From Candidatus Lustribacter sp. (GTDB taxonomy: Bacteria; Vulcanimicrobiota; Vulcanimicrobiia; Vulcanimicrobiales; Vulcanimicrobiaceae): a stretch of DNA of 64,000 nt. A program made the translations under genes and the position numbers. Positions 8,354-19,475 of the stretch are shown here, in pieces. Under the pieces are notes generated by a model that saw nothing but the letters and a program-made list of their open reading frames with translations, ran no database searches and was not told the origin of the DNA. The stretch lies in the NCBI GenBank assembly GCA_965277805.1, contig OZ255842.1, positions 3,200,001 to 3,264,000 of the forward strand, read 5' to 3'. Position 1 is the first letter of the stretch, and each line of letters begins with the position of its first letter.

Positions 8354-10902
8354 GAAGCCGTTCTTATCGCTGCGCCGTTTCGCTCCTGGAGATGGGTGGC
8401 GAGGAACTCCGCGAGATAGGGCGCGGTGCGGCTCTCCCGCGACCGCGCGACGTCCGCCGGCGTACCGGCCGCGACGATGCGGCCGCCCTCGTCGCCCGCG
8501 CCGGGACCGATGTCGATGACCCAATCGCTTCCCGCAACGACGCGCATGTCGTGTTCGACCACAATCACCGTGTTTCCGGAATCGACCAGCCCATGGAGCT
8601 GCCGCATGAGCTTCTCGACATCGGCCGGATGCAAACCGGTGGTCGGCTCATCGAGCACGTAAAGCGTATCGCCGTGTTGCGTGCGCTGCAATTCGGTGGC
8701 CAGCTTGATGCGTTGCGCTTCGCCGCCGGAGAGCTCGGTCGCGGGCTGGCCCAGACGCAGATATCCGAGCCCGACTTGACGTAGCGCGTCGAGCGCGCGG
8801 CGTACCGTCAGCTCGCCTGCGAAGAATTCCCACGCGTCGTCGACCGTTAGGTCCAGCACGTCCGCGATCGACTTGCCGCGATACTGAATCTTGAGCGTTT
8901 CGGGGTTGTAGCGCGCGCCGTGACAGGCCGGGCACGGCGCGTACACGCTGGGAAGAAAGAGCAGTTCGACCATCACGAAGCCTTCGCCGGCGCACGTCGG
9001 ACAGCGGCCTTTGGCAACGTTGAACGAAAACCGGCCGGCGTCGAAGTGCCGTGTGCGCGCCGCCGGGGTTGCCGCGAACAGTTTGCGCACGGCGTCGAAC
9101 AGGCCGGTGTAGGTGGCGAGGTTGGAGCGCGGGGTGCGGCCGATCGCTTTTTGATCGACTCGCACGAGCCGCGCGATCGCGTCCATCCCGGCGTCGATGC
9201 GCCCGCCGGCCGGCGCGGCCGGATTGCGTTCCAGGTCTTCGCGTTCGTCCGCCTCCGGCTCGAGCTCGGTGCCGAGCTTTCGCGCAACGAGCTCGACCAG
9301 CGCCTGACTGACCAAGCTTGATTTTCCCGAACCCGACACGCCGGTCACGGTCGTGAAGGCGCCGAGCGGAAAATCGACGTCGAGGCCGCGCACGTTGTTT
9401 TGCGTCACGTCGCGCAAACGCAACGCCTCCTTGAGGACGCGCTGCGGCCGGGCCGGCAGCGGTGGCGCGGCCGCGAGATAGCGCCGCGTTTCCGACGCGG
9501 CGACGCGCTTCAGCCCCGCCGGCGGTCCACTGTAGAGAATCTGTCCACCGAATTGCCCCGCGCCGGGGCCGACGTCGACGATCCAGTCGGCATGCCGGAT
9601 GATGTCGAGTTCGTGCTCGACGACGAAGAGCGAGTTCCCGGCGGCCTTCAGGCGGTCGAGAGCGCGCAAGAGCGCGGCGGTATCGACGGGATGCAAGCCC
9701 GCCGACGGCTCGTCGAGCACGTACACCACTCCGAAGAGATTCGAGCGGACTTGCGTTGCCAAGCGCAAGCGTTGCAGTTCGCCGGGCGAAAGCGTCGGCG
9801 TGCTGCGCGCGAGTGCGAGATAGCCGAGACCGAGATCGAGCAGTACGGCCAGACGCGCGATGAGATCTTCCACAATTCGCGCGACCACCAGCGCCCGCTC
9901 GGGATGCGCGGCGCCGAAGCGCGCCGGCTCGACATCGCCCGGATGCATGTACGGCCGCAGTAATGCGTCCAAACGCGACAACGGCAAGTACGCCATCTCG
10001 GCAAAATCGAGGCCCGCAAACGTGACCGACAGCGATTCGCGGCGCAAGCGCTTGCCCTTACAGAGCGGGCACACGCTGCCGACCATGAACGACTCGGCCC
10101 GCTTCTTCATCAAGGCGCTCGGGCTGTTGGCAAACGTCTGGAGCACGTACTTGCGTGCGCCGGTGAACGTGCCCTGATAGCTCGGCTCTTCCTTGCGCTT
10201 GAGCGCGCGTTGCACTTCTTTGGGAGTGTAACCGGCGTACACCGGAACCTGCGGCTGTTCTTCGGTGAAGAGCAGCCAGTCACGATCTTTCTTCGGCAGC
10301 TCGCGCCACGGCTTGTCGATGTCGTAGCCGAGCGTCACGGCAATGTCGCGCAAGTTCTGTCCGTGCCACGCCGTCGGCCACGCGGCGATGGCACGTTCGC
10401 GAATCGACAGTGACGGATCCGGCACCATCGAGCGTTCGGTGACGTCGTAAATGCGGCCGAGACCGTGACAGCGCGGGCACGCGCCGGCCGGCGTGTTGGG
10501 GGAAAAGGCCTCGGCCTCGAGATGCGGCTGCTTGGCCGGGTAGAGACCGGCGCGCGAATACAACATCCGCAGCAGATTCGAAAGCGTGGTAACACTCCCA
10601 ACGGACGAACGCGCCGTCGGTGACCCACGCTGCTGCTGCAAGGCGACGGCCGGCGGAAGACCGTCGATCTCGTCGACGTCCGGGACCGCCATCTGATGGA
10701 ATAGTCGCCGTGCGTACGGTGAGACCGATTCTAGATAGCGGCGTTGCGCTTCCGCGTAGAGCGTACTGAACGCCAGCGACGATTTTCCCGATCCTGACAC
10801 GCCGGTGAATACGACCAGCGCCTCGCGCGGAATGTCGACGGCGATATCCTTGAGATTGTGTTCGCGGGCACCGCGCACGCGCACCATGCCGGAGGAGTCC
10901 AC
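8350..10902 (-). CDS. uvrA: UvrA-family ABC ATPase, short class II (UvrA2/DrrC-like)
   Basis: Two [10 protein letters not shown] Walker A motifs, LSPGE/LSGGE signatures, CxxC Zn fingers; 850 aa with no UvrB-binding insert. Confidence 0.88.
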   Translation of the reverse strand: MDSSGMVRVRGAREHNLKDIAVDIPREALVVFTGVSGSGKSSLAFSTLYAEAQRRYLESVSPYARRLFHQMAVPDVDEIDGLPPAVALQQQRGSPTARSSVGSVTTLSNLLRMLYSRAGLYPAKQPHLEAEAFSPNTPAGACPRCHGLGRIYDVTERSMVPDPSLSIRERAIAAWPTAWHGQNLRDIAVTLGYDIDKPWRELPKKDRDWLLFTEEQPQVPVYAGYTPKEVQRALKRKEEPSYQGTFTGARKYVLQTFANSPSALMKKRAESFMVGSVCPLCKGKRLRRESLSVTFAGLDFAEMAYLPLSRLDALLRPYMHPGDVEPARFGAAHPERALVVARIVEDLIARLAVLLDLGLGYLALARSTPTLSPGELQRLRLATQVRSNLFGVVYVLDEPSAGLHPVDTAALLRALDRLKAAGNSLFVVEHELDIIRHADWIVDVGPGAGQFGGQILYSGPPAGLKRVAASETRRYLAAAPPLPARPQRVLKEALRLRDVTQNNVRGLDVDFPLGAFTTVTGVSGSGKSSLVSQALVELVARKLGTELEPEADEREDLERNPAAPAGGRIDAGMDAIARLVRVDQKAIGRTPRSNLATYTGLFDAVRKLFAATPAARTRHFDAGRFSFNVAKGRCPTCAGEGFVMVELLFLPSVYAPCPACHGARYNPETLKIQYRGKSIADVLDLTVDDAWEFFAGELTVRRALDALRQVGLGYLRLGQPATELSGGEAQRIKLATELQRTQHGDTLYVLDEPTTGLHPADVEKLMRQLHGLVDSGNTVIVVEHDMRVVAGSDWVIDIGPGAGDEGGRIVAAGTPADVARSRESRTAPYLAEFLATHLQERNGAAIRTAS

Positions 10903-10931
10903 ACCGGGGATGTACCCTCGTGAAGCACCGT

Positions 10932-11672
10932 TCAGCCCAAGTAGAGGCCGCCGTTGACGTGCAGCGTTTGCCCGGTGACGAAGCGCGCTCCCGGCCCCGC
11001 AAGCCAGCGCACGGCCGAGGCGACGTCGTCGGGCACCCCCTTACGGCCCAGCAGCGTGACGCGGTCGGCGCGATGCGAGGGGATGAAGTCGCGTACGGTT
11101 TCGATCAGTCCCGGCGCGACGCAGTTGACGGTAATCCCATCGGGTCCCAAGTCGTGCGCCAGCGCGCGCGTGAAGCCGGCAATGCCGGCTTTCGCCGTTA
11201 CGACGTGGGCGCGATTGCGCGCTCCGGTATGAGCGGTCAAACCGCCGAGGTTCACGATCGCGCCGCGGCCGCTCGCGCGCAAGTGCGGCAACGCAGCCTG
11301 ACTGCACAGGAACGCGCCGTCGAGCGCGACGTGCAGCACGGCCTGCCACTGTTCTAGCGTCAGCTCGGCAAACGTCGACTCATGGCGCAGCGACGCGTTG
11401 TTCACCAGAACGTCGAGCCGTCCGAAACGCGCGACGGTCTCGTCGACGACGCGCGCGACGTCGGCGGGATTTCCCACGTCGCCCAGGATCGCCGCGGCGC
11501 GGCCGCCGCCGGCTTCGATCTCCGCCACCAGCTCTGCCGCGGCTTGCGCAGATGACTTTGCGTTGACGACGACCGCTGCCCCGCCGTGCGCGCACGCGCG
11601 CGCGATTTCGGCGCCGATGTTTCGCGCGCCGCCGGTAACGAGCACGACCGATCCGCTGAGTTCCGCTTCCAT
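10932..11672 (-). CDS. Short-chain dehydrogenase/reductase (FabG-like)
   Basis: [20 protein letters not shown] (His at the catalytic Tyr position), VNCVAPG. Confidence 0.85.
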   Translation of the reverse strand: MEAELSGSVVLVTGGARNIGAEIARACAHGGAAVVVNAKSSAQAAAELVAEIEAGGGRAAAILGDVGNPADVARVVDETVARFGRLDVLVNNASLRHESTFAELTLEQWQAVLHVALDGAFLCSQAALPHLRASGRGAIVNLGGLTAHTGARNRAHVVTAKAGIAGFTRALAHDLGPDGITVNCVAPGLIETVRDFIPSHRADRVTLLGRKGVPDDVASAVRWLAGPGARFVTGQTLHVNGGLYLG

Positions 11673-11724
11673 TTCGGATCGTTTCTCCGCAGGAGAACGT
11701 GCCTCACCTTCACGACTAGCGAAG

Positions 11725-13086
11725 ATGAGCACGATTGCCGAGCAGCTTGCCCACGCCGCGCAGGGCGTACGCGCAAACGAACTGCCGGCCGCCGTCCGGC
11801 GCGTTGCCGCCGACTTGATCCTCGACGTTGCGGGCTTGTGCGTTGCTGCGCGCGGCACGGACTATATCGCGGCCGTGCTGCAGAGCGTCGAGCCCGGCGG
11901 CGCGTGCACCGCGATCGGTCATCCGGGCGCTTTCACGGCGCTCGACGCCGCGCTGATCAACGGGATCGCCGCGCACGGCGAAGATTACGACGACACGTTC
12001 GAGGGCGGGCCCGTGCACGCGGGCGCGGTGATCGTGCCGGCGGTGCTCGCCGTGGCGGAGCGCTACCGCGCATCCGGCGATGCGATCCTGCGCGGCCTCG
12101 CGAGCGGTACCGAAATCATGTGCCGGCTCGGGCTCGTCGCACCGATGCGCGTGCACAAAGCGGGCTTCCATCCGACCAGCGTGTTCGGCGCGATCGGCAG
12201 CGCACTCGCCGTGTCGGTCACGCTCGGGCTCGACGAGCAGAAAACCGTCGACGCGCTCGGCATCGTCGGCAGCATGGCCGGCGGCATCATCGAGTATCTG
12301 GCCGAAGGTGCGTGGACCAAACGGCTGCACGCGGGCTGGGCCGCGCAATCCGGCATTCGCGCGGCGCTCTTGGCGCGCGGTGGCTTCGTCGGCCCGCGCA
12401 CGGTGTTCGAAGGAACGCACGGCCTCTTCTTCGGCTTCGCCAACACCGCCGGCAACGATTTCACGCCGCTGACCGGCGGTTTCGGCCGCGAGTGGCTGAT
12501 GGAAACAGTCGCGTTCAAACCCTACGCTTGCGGGACGATGATCCATCCCTACATCGATTGCGCGATCCGGCTCGCGGCTCGCGGCGTGAGCGCCGATGCG
12601 ATCGCATCGATCGAGTGCGATACGGCCGAGGGCATCGTACACCGCTTGTGGGAACCGCTGGCCGTCAAACAGACGCCTCCGAACGCGTACGCGGCAAAAT
12701 TCAGCACGCCGTTCTGCATGGCGCTCGGCTTCATCCGCGGCGACGTCGGGCTCGGCGCGTTCACCGAGGAAGCCGCGCACGATCCGCAGGTGCGCACGCT
12801 GGCCGCGAAGATCCGTTACCGCATCGATCCGGAGAACCCGTACCCGCGCGCGTTCACGGGACACCTCCGCGCCACGCTCAACGACGGAACGGTGATCGAA
12901 GAACGTCAGCCGCACTTTCGCGGCGGCGCGCAAGAACCGCTCACCGCGGCGGAGATCGAAGCGAAATTCGTTGCGAACGCGGCCTTCGGCGGCTGGCCGC
13001 CCGAGCAGACGGCGGCGGCGCGCGAAACGCTGCGGCGGATCCTAACCGGAGAACATGATGTCGCGGGCCTCGATCGGCTGCGTTAG
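11725..13086 (+). CDS. MmgE/PrpD family protein
   Basis: AHGEDYDD...HAGA, GFHPT, KRLHAG, FKPYAC, AKFS motifs. Confidence 0.9.
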   Translation: MSTIAEQLAHAAQGVRANELPAAVRRVAADLILDVAGLCVAARGTDYIAAVLQSVEPGGACTAIGHPGAFTALDAALINGIAAHGEDYDDTFEGGPVHAGAVIVPAVLAVAERYRASGDAILRGLASGTEIMCRLGLVAPMRVHKAGFHPTSVFGAIGSALAVSVTLGLDEQKTVDALGIVGSMAGGIIEYLAEGAWTKRLHAGWAAQSGIRAALLARGGFVGPRTVFEGTHGLFFGFANTAGNDFTPLTGGFGREWLMETVAFKPYACGTMIHPYIDCAIRLAARGVSADAIASIECDTAEGIVHRLWEPLAVKQTPPNAYAAKFSTPFCMALGFIRGDVGLGAFTEEAAHDPQVRTLAAKIRYRIDPENPYPRAFTGHLRATLNDGTVIEERQPHFRGGAQEPLTAAEIEAKFVANAAFGGWPPEQTAAARETLRRILTGEHDVAGLDRLR

Positions 13087-13986
13087 CGTCTTGTAGCGCA
13101 GCATCGTGTCGATCACGGGCTGCACGAGCTTCGGATCGAGCGTCGTCCCTTGCTCGACGCGCGTCATCTTCGCAACCTGCGCCGGTTCGAGCGAGGTGAA
13201 CTTCGCGATCAGGTCCGCCGTTTGCGCGTGGTGCCCGTTGCAGTAGTCGGCCGCTTTGCGCAAGGCCAGCGAGACGTTCTTCACGACTGCCGGATTCGCG
13301 GTGGCGTAGGTCTTGGTCGTGAACCACGCGGTGTACATGAAGCGCGGCGCGATGCCGTCGAAGTGATGGGCGAGCGGGCGCAGCTTGCTGTCGGTGAGCG
13401 CCGCCGAGAGCACCGGCTCGTTGACGGAGCCGGCCGTCACGCGGCCTTGCTCGATTGCGACCGGAATCTCGCCGATCGGGATCTCGACGAACTTGATGCT
13501 CGTGACGTCGCCGCCGTTCTTGTCCATCCACGCGATCGTCGCCAGCGAATGGATGTCGTTGAGCGCGCCGACGGCGATCGTCTTGCCGTTGAGGTCGGCG
13601 GCTCTTTTGATCGGCGAATCGGCCGGAACCAGCAGCGATGCGATCGGTGCACGCGTATCGTAGATGCCGGCCGGCATGATGATCGTGAACGGCAGTCCCT
13701 TACTGAACGCGGCGATCAGCGGCGGAGTGCTCGACTTTCCGACCTGATAGCTCCCGCCGACCACACCGCTCATCACCGAGGGGCCATTGTGCTGCGGCTG
13801 CATGTCGACGTCGAGGCCATACGGCTTGAACAAGCCGCTCTGGATGCCGTAGAGCACGGTCGTCGCCGAATCTTCCGGCACGCCGGCCATTTTGATCGCC
13901 GTCAAATCGGCGGCCCGGGACAACGACGGCGCGGCAAGTGCCGCGCCGGTCAGAGCGATAAACGATCCACGCGTGCGAAATGCCAT
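13042..13986 (-). CDS. ABC substrate-binding protein, SsuA/NMT1 family
   Basis: Tat-like leader RTRGSFIAL; SPIKRAADLNGKTIAV. Confidence 0.85.
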   Translation of the reverse strand: MAFRTRGSFIALTGAALAAPSLSRAADLTAIKMAGVPEDSATTVLYGIQSGLFKPYGLDVDMQPQHNGPSVMSGVVGGSYQVGKSSTPPLIAAFSKGLPFTIIMPAGIYDTRAPIASLLVPADSPIKRAADLNGKTIAVGALNDIHSLATIAWMDKNGGDVTSIKFVEIPIGEIPVAIEQGRVTAGSVNEPVLSAALTDSKLRPLAHHFDGIAPRFMYTAWFTTKTYATANPAVVKNVSLALRKAADYCNGHHAQTADLIAKFTSLEPAQVAKMTRVEQGTTLDPKLVQPVIDTMLRYKTLTQPIEARDIMFSG

Positions 13987-14015
13987 CTCACGCGCTTCTC
14001 CTCGCGATGGTGGCG

Positions 14016-14058
14016 GTCCCTCGACGATGCGCCTAACGGCGCTTTGCTCGGGATGACA
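14016..14058. repeat. REP-like palindromic element fragment
   Basis: GTCCCTCGAC...GCGCC-TAAC-GGCGC...GCTCGGGATGACA nested hairpin in intergenic space. Confidence 0.4.
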
Positions 14059-14062
14059 CAGG

Positions 14063-14512
14063 TTATGGGGCGGGTGGATTCGTGAATGGCGGGGCGGGGG
14101 CGTTTATGTAGCGCTGCCCGTCCGGCTGCGCGGCGCCGTTCCACTCGCGGTACCATTGCGGCTCGCGGGCGAACGCGACGCGGCGCGGCGGCAGACCGTC
14201 GATCTCGTTTGCGGTGAACGCGTTGCCTTGATTGAAGCCGACGATGCGCACGCGCATTCCCGGTCGCAGCGTCAGCCCGATCGGGAAGATGATCGTCTTG
14301 TCGTGCAGCCGCACGTTGTCGACGAAACCCTTGTCATCGCGCAGACCGAGTTCGTAGGTGCCTTGTGTAAAACGCACGACGATGCCGTCGAGCCGCTCGT
14401 TGCCCAGCGGCGTCGCGAACGAGGGCTGCGTTTGCGCCGTCGCCGGTTGCGCGAATGCGCATCCCGTAATCGCCAGCGCCGCCGCCGCGCACAGCACGTC
14501 TCGGATCTTCAT
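14063..14512 (-). CDS. Secreted hypothetical protein (paralog of 626..1255)
   Basis: Signal peptide; RDDKGFVDNVRLH...GLTLRPGM...FTANEID. Confidence 0.75.
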   Translation of the reverse strand: MKIRDVLCAAAALAITGCAFAQPATAQTQPSFATPLGNERLDGIVVRFTQGTYELGLRDDKGFVDNVRLHDKTIIFPIGLTLRPGMRVRIVGFNQGNAFTANEIDGLPPRRVAFAREPQWYREWNGAAQPDGQRYINAPAPPFTNPPAP

Positions 14513-14563
14513 GTTTCATCGTACCCGCCCGGCACCCAAACGACGCCGGGTCCGGCCGGTCGC

Positions 14564-16129
14564 TTACTTACAGACGAAGTTCTCGGCGCGGTTGGTGTCG
14601 CCGGTGCCGGTGTAGCGCGCTTGCGCCGGATACACGCACAGCGGACGCGTGAGCGGCGAGCCGGTTTTCGTCGCGATGATGCGCACGGGCGGTTTGCCGC
14701 CGGCGACCCAGTCGTCGAGCGCCGCGAGCATGTCGAACCGGTCTGGTCCCGGTCCGCCGCCGCAATGGTACACGCCGGGCGCAAGAAACACACGCACGTC
14801 GGCGGCAAGCGCGGCTTCGCTCACCCCCATCTTTTTCGCCGATGCGGTCAGCGCGGCGTGGTAGTACTCGAGCGTGGCTTGCGGGCTCGGCGCGGGATCG
14901 TAAACGCCGTGCCACATGATCCACTTGCCTCCGCGTTTGAAAAACTCGGAGACGTCAGGGTTGTTCGCCGTCACGAGCGGTGCGGTCTCGCTCTGACCGA
15001 TGTCGCCCAACGCCTGTTCGGGCGTGAGCGAATCCCAGTCCTGATTCGGGTTGGCGTAGATGACGTCCATGAAATACTGCGCGCCCAACGGGTAATTCAG
15101 GCCGTACGGGTTGGCGGGCGTGCCGCCGATCGAAAATTGCGTCCACGGAAGTTCGCCGCCGCGCGGCAGCGGAAACGCGGCAATGCGGCCGTCGGGCGTT
15201 CCGATCCCGTTGTAGCTGCGCCGCACCGCCATCACTTGGCGCGCCGTGAGACAGCCGGTGCCGGCGTCGCTGCCGCCTTTGCAGGCGATCGCCGCCGGAT
15301 CCCATTTGCAGTTGGACGGATCCTGGATGATGCCGTCGCGCACGCCGTCGTTGAGGTCGCACGCACGCAACACGTCGGCATTGATGGCCTGCACTTGGGC
15401 CGGTGTGATCTTGCTCGATGGGTCTTTCTGAAAGAACTGCAAGCGGAAGATCGCGCTCGTCTGCGCGCGCAGATCGTAGAGCGGCGCGCCCGAAATCACG
15501 CCGTCGTAGTCGTCCGGAAAACGCTGCACTTCGGTGAAGCCCTGCCGGCCGCCGGTGGAACAGCCCTCGAAGTACGATTTCGCCGGAACGCGGCTGTAGT
15601 AGCGCGCGACGATCGCTTTGCCGGCGACCGTCATCTCATGCACGGCGCGAAAACCGAAGTCGGTGAGCGTGACGCGATTGATCTTGCCCGGACCGTCGAG
15701 CATGAACGAGCCGTCGGTCGGGCTCGTGCCCGGATGGCCGGTGTCGGTCTCGATGACCGCATAGCCTTTCGTTAGGCCTTGCGCGGCGCCGGCGAGCGTG
15801 ACGTCGCCCGCGAAACCGCCGCCGCCGATCCCCAGCATCTTGCCGTTCCAGGTCTCGGGCAGCCGGTAAACGACGCCGATGTTCGATCCCGGCACCGGCC
15901 GGATCGTCGCGACGACTTCGCAGTAGGCCGGCATACCGGGCGCGGCATCGGCGGCGACCATGCGCGCCGACGTCACGGCCGTATTCGCAACGAGCCCGGC
16001 CGTCTCGAGCGCGCTGCAGGCCGGTTCGGCCGCCGCCGCGCGCTGGGTGGCGGCGCGCGGCGCAAACGCGCAAAAGCACACGAGGAGCGCGATCGCTGCC
16101 GGCCGCAGCAGCGATCCGAGCCGGGTCAC
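14564..16129 (-). CDS. Secreted tannase/feruloyl esterase family hydrolase
   Basis: GCSTGG nucleophile elbow, HG..D, PGVYHCGGG, RPLCVYP; GTG start overlaps ligI stop. Confidence 0.9.
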   Translation of the reverse strand: MTRLGSLLRPAAIALLVCFCAFAPRAATQRAAAAEPACSALETAGLVANTAVTSARMVAADAAPGMPAYCEVVATIRPVPGSNIGVVYRLPETWNGKMLGIGGGGFAGDVTLAGAAQGLTKGYAVIETDTGHPGTSPTDGSFMLDGPGKINRVTLTDFGFRAVHEMTVAGKAIVARYYSRVPAKSYFEGCSTGGRQGFTEVQRFPDDYDGVISGAPLYDLRAQTSAIFRLQFFQKDPSSKITPAQVQAINADVLRACDLNDGVRDGIIQDPSNCKWDPAAIACKGGSDAGTGCLTARQVMAVRRSYNGIGTPDGRIAAFPLPRGGELPWTQFSIGGTPANPYGLNYPLGAQYFMDVIYANPNQDWDSLTPEQALGDIGQSETAPLVTANNPDVSEFFKRGGKWIMWHGVYDPAPSPQATLEYYHAALTASAKKMGVSEAALAADVRVFLAPGVYHCGGGPGPDRFDMLAALDDWVAGGKPPVRIIATKTGSPLTRPLCVYPAQARYTGTGDTNRAENFVCK

Positions 16130-17001
16130 TTCGGCCAGTAGAGCCGCATCGGGTTGTCGACGAGCATCTTTTGCTGCAGTTCCTTCGTGGTTGCGACGCG
16201 CGGGATGAAGTCGACCAGTTTGCCGTCGTCGGGCATGTGCGTTTCCATGTTGGGATGCGGCCAGTCGGTGCCCCACAGCACGCGGTCGGGATAGCGTTCG
16301 ACCAGCGCGCGGCCGTACGGCACGACATCGTCGTACGGCGGTCCGGTTTCGCTGATGCGTTCGGGTCCCGTGACCTTCACCCAGATGTTGGTGTGCTCGT
16401 CGAGCATGCGCAGAAAGCGCTTCCATTGCGGATGGTCGAGTCCGAGTTTCACGTCGGGGCGGCCCATGTGATCGACCACGACCGTCGTCGGGATCGCCTC
16501 GATGAACGGCGCCAGGTCTTCCAGGTCTTGCGATTCGAAGTACACCACGACGTGCCAGCCGAGCTGTTTGCACATCTCGATCACGCGCTGATAGCGCTCG
16601 GGCGGCGTCGGGTCGACGAGCCGTTTGAGAAACGCGAACCGCACGCCGCGAATGCCGCCCGCATCCATCGCTTTGAGTTCATCGAGCGTGATGTCGAGCT
16701 CGACGACGGCGATGCCGCGCGCTCTTTCGCCGGCCGCCTTGATGCCGTCGAGCGTCGCGGTGTTGTCGGTGCCGTGACAACTCGCTTGCACGATCACGTT
16801 GCGCGAGAGCCCGAGGAAGTCGCGCAGGCGGAAGAGATCTTCTTTGGAGGCATCACCCGGCGTGTACTTGCGCTTGGGGTGATACGGGAACACGTCGCCG
16901 GGCCCGAAGATGTGGCAGTGCGCGTCGACCGATCCCGGCGGCACGACGAACGTGGGCTTCGAGGGGTTGGGGTGAAATTTGTTGAGGTCCAAGGTATCCA
17001 T
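16126..17001 (-). CDS. ligI: 2-pyrone-4,6-dicarboxylate lactonase
   Basis: DAHCH, VQASCHGTDN, LKRLVD, DHMGRP, WGTDWPHPNM. Confidence 0.88.
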   Translation of the reverse strand: MDTLDLNKFHPNPSKPTFVVPPGSVDAHCHIFGPGDVFPYHPKRKYTPGDASKEDLFRLRDFLGLSRNVIVQASCHGTDNTATLDGIKAAGERARGIAVVELDITLDELKAMDAGGIRGVRFAFLKRLVDPTPPERYQRVIEMCKQLGWHVVVYFESQDLEDLAPFIEAIPTTVVVDHMGRPDVKLGLDHPQWKRFLRMLDEHTNIWVKVTGPERISETGPPYDDVVPYGRALVERYPDRVLWGTDWPHPNMETHMPDDGKLVDFIPRVATTKELQQKMLVDNPMRLYWPK

Positions 17002-17017
17002 GTTCGCGCGTCCTTTT

Positions 17018-18043
17018 TTACTTCGCTTGTTTGGCGAGCTGCGCTTGGAGGCGCGGGTACACGTTGTAGGCGTTCGTTTCGAACAGTTGTTTCTGCGTGT
17101 TCGCGTCCAGCTTTAGCGCATCGATGTACTTCTTCGTGTCGTCGAAGTAGTGTTTGGTTTCCGGATCGATCCCGCGCACCGCGCCGACCATCTCCGAACC
17201 GAACAAAATGTTCTTGAGCGGGATCACGTCGAGCAGCAGCTCGATGCCGGGCAGATGGTAGACGCAGGTGTCGAAGTAGATGTTGTTCATCAGCAGATCG
17301 TCGAGCTCGCCGAGCTTCATGTCGAGCGCGATCCCGCGATAGCGTCCCCAGTGGTAGGGCACGGCACCGCCGCCGTGCGGAATGATCAATTTCAGTTCCG
17401 GGAAGTCTTTGAAGACTTGCGCGGATTGGATGAACTGCATGAACGCGGTCGTGTCGGCCGCGATGTAGTAGGCGCCGGTCGCGTGGAAGACGGGGTTGCA
17501 CGAACCGCTCACGTGCACCATCGCGGGCACCTTCAGCTCGACCATCTTCTCATAGAACGGATACCAGGACTTGTCGTAGAGCGGCGGGGCGTCGAAGTGG
17601 CCGCCTGACGGATCCGGATTGAGGTTCGCGCCCACGAAGCCGAGCTCGTTCACGCAGCGCTCGAGTTCGGCGATCGCCGGCTTGAGATCGGCGCCGTGCG
17701 TTTGCGGCACGTGGCACACGCCGATGAAGTTCTTCGGGTACAGCCCGCACACGCGGTGGATCAGGTCGTTGGACGCGCGCGCCCAGGCGATGTTGTCTTC
17801 GACCGATCCGACGTGCGGCGCCATGGTCGAAGCGCGCGGCGAAAAGATCGTCACGTCGATGCCGCGCTCGCGCAGCAGTTTCAGTTGGGCGTTTTCGAGC
17901 GTCTCGCGTAGCTGGTCGTCGCTGAAATGGGGCAGAATGGCCTCCGGCTGCGTCGAGTCTTTCGTGTGCGCTAGTTGCGCTTGACGGAAGGTCTGCATGC
18001 CTTCGGGGACCGTCGTGTAGTGGCCGTGACAATCAATGATCAT
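17018..18043 (-). CDS. ligJ: 4-oxalomesaconate hydratase
   Basis: MIIDCHGHYTT, FSPRAS, PHGGGAVPYHWGRYRG, FDTCVYH, SEMVGAVRGIDP. Confidence 0.92.
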   Translation of the reverse strand: MIIDCHGHYTTVPEGMQTFRQAQLAHTKDSTQPEAILPHFSDDQLRETLENAQLKLLRERGIDVTIFSPRASTMAPHVGSVEDNIAWARASNDLIHRVCGLYPKNFIGVCHVPQTHGADLKPAIAELERCVNELGFVGANLNPDPSGGHFDAPPLYDKSWYPFYEKMVELKVPAMVHVSGSCNPVFHATGAYYIAADTTAFMQFIQSAQVFKDFPELKLIIPHGGGAVPYHWGRYRGIALDMKLGELDDLLMNNIYFDTCVYHLPGIELLLDVIPLKNILFGSEMVGAVRGIDPETKHYFDDTKKYIDALKLDANTQKQLFETNAYNVYPRLQAQLAKQAK

Positions 18044-18126
18044 TAAGCCGGGCTTTACCAAAAGCGTGATCCCACTCCCGCCCCCGCAGCGAGGCGTTCG
18101 GCCGGTCGGGTGGAAAACGGGAGAGC

Positions 18127-18492
18127 ATGCCCCGTCTCGCGCACCGTCAGCTGGCTTTACCGCTCCTCGCCGCACTCGCGGCATGCAGCGCCAATGGCGT
18201 GGACTCGACCCCGATTGCGCCGATGGGCCCGGCAGCCTCGCCGGCCAGCTTGACCTTCACCGCCGCCGGCCAAACCCAGGCGATCGCGGTCACCGATCCC
18301 GGCCTCTTGCGTGAGGTCTACACCGTGAGCGGCTGCGAGGGCATCGTCATCGCCGGCGCCGTCACGAACGGCTCGCTCACCGTCACCTCGCTCGCCGCCG
18401 GTTCGTGCACGCTCACCGTGAGCGATCCGGTCTCGCGCAGCACGACGGTTTCGGTCGGCGTGATGCCGCCGGTGCACGGTCCCTCGATTTAG
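18127..18492 (+). CDS. Small lipoprotein, Ig-like beta-rich hypothetical
   Basis: Lipobox LAAC; Thr/Val-rich beta strands. Confidence 0.65.
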   Translation: MPRLAHRQLALPLLAALAACSANGVDSTPIAPMGPAASPASLTFTAAGQTQAIAVTDPGLLREVYTVSGCEGIVIAGAVTNGSLTVTSLAAGSCTLTVSDPVSRSTTVSVGVMPPVHGPSI

Positions 18493-19475
18493 ACCGCGAA
18501 CCCCGTTCGCCGCAGCATAGCGAAGTCGTCGTCATCGTCGCGTCCGGCGGTGGTGAGGTAGGCGCCCAGCACGATCCCCGACGCACCGCTCTGCATGCCG
18601 AGGTCCTGCAGCCCTTGCAGCGTGATCTCGCGTCCGCCGGCTAGGCGCACGAGCGCGTAGGGCAGCGCGAGCCGCGCCATCGCGACGAAGCGCAGTGCTT
18701 CGACGGGATCGACGATCGAGCGGTCGGAGAGCGGCGTTCCCGGCCGCGGGTTGAGGAAGTTGATCGGCACTTCGACCGGTCCGAGTTCTTGCAGCGCGCA
18801 CAGGAAATCGAGCCGGTCGTCCGCCGTCTCGCCCATCCCGATGATGCCGCCGCTGCACAGTTCGAACCCGTGGCGCTTCGCGCGCAGACACGTTTCCCAG
18901 CGCTCGTCGTAGGAGTGCGTGCTGCAAATCGCGGGGAAGTGGCGGCGCGAGGTCTCGAGGTTGTGGTTGATTTTGTGCACGCCCGCTTCGGCCAGCTGCG
19001 CGCAGTGCGCGTCGGTAAGGATGCCGAGCGAAACCGCCACGTGCATCCCGGGCAGGCCGGCGCGAATCGCGCGCGTCGCGTCGCAGACCCGCTCGAGGAG
19101 CGCGTTCGACGGACCGCGCACCGCGACGACGATGCAGAACTCGCCGGCGCCGCGCGCGTGCGCTTCGCGCGCCGCTTCGAGAAACTCGTGCGTTTCGCGC
19201 AGCGGTTCCGCCAAGACGTCGGTGGCGTAGCGCGCGCTCTGCGAACAGAAGTGGCAATCCTCGGAACAGCCGCCCTTCTTCGCGTTGAACAGCACCTCGA
19301 CCGCGGCCGCATCGCCCGACGCGCGGCGGCGCACGTCATCGGCGAGCGTCAACAGACCGCCGACGTCCTCGCGCGGCAGCGCCGCAAGTCCGGCCAGCAC
19401 GTCGCGGCCGAGCACGCCGTTCTCGTCGAGGGCGATGCGGCGCGCAGTGGGGAGGGCGTCAAGCACGGGTTCCAA
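18489..19475 (-). CDS. bioB: Biotin synthase
   Basis: Radical SAM CSEDCHFC, NHNLET, CSGGIIGMGE, RLAGGRE; start TTG 19475 or GTG 19466. Confidence 0.93.
   Translation of the reverse strand: MEPVLDALPTARRIALDENGVLGRDVLAGLAALPREDVGGLLTLADDVRRRASGDAAAVEVLFNAKKGGCSEDCHFCSQSARYATDVLAEPLRETHEFLEAAREAHARGAGEFCIVVAVRGPSNALLERVCDATRAIRAGLPGMHVAVSLGILTDAHCAQLAEAGVHKINHNLETSRRHFPAICSTHSYDERWETCLRAKRHGFELCSGGIIGMGETADDRLDFLCALQELGPVEVPINFLNPRPGTPLSDRSIVDPVEALRFVAMARLALPYALVRLAGGREITLQGLQDLGMQSGASGIVLGAYLTTAGRDDDDDFAMLRRTGFAV

Noticed and set aside
8350-10902. Canonical nucleotide-excision-repair uvrA
   Set aside because: Short and lacks the UvrB-binding insertion; treated as a class II paralog, a known family
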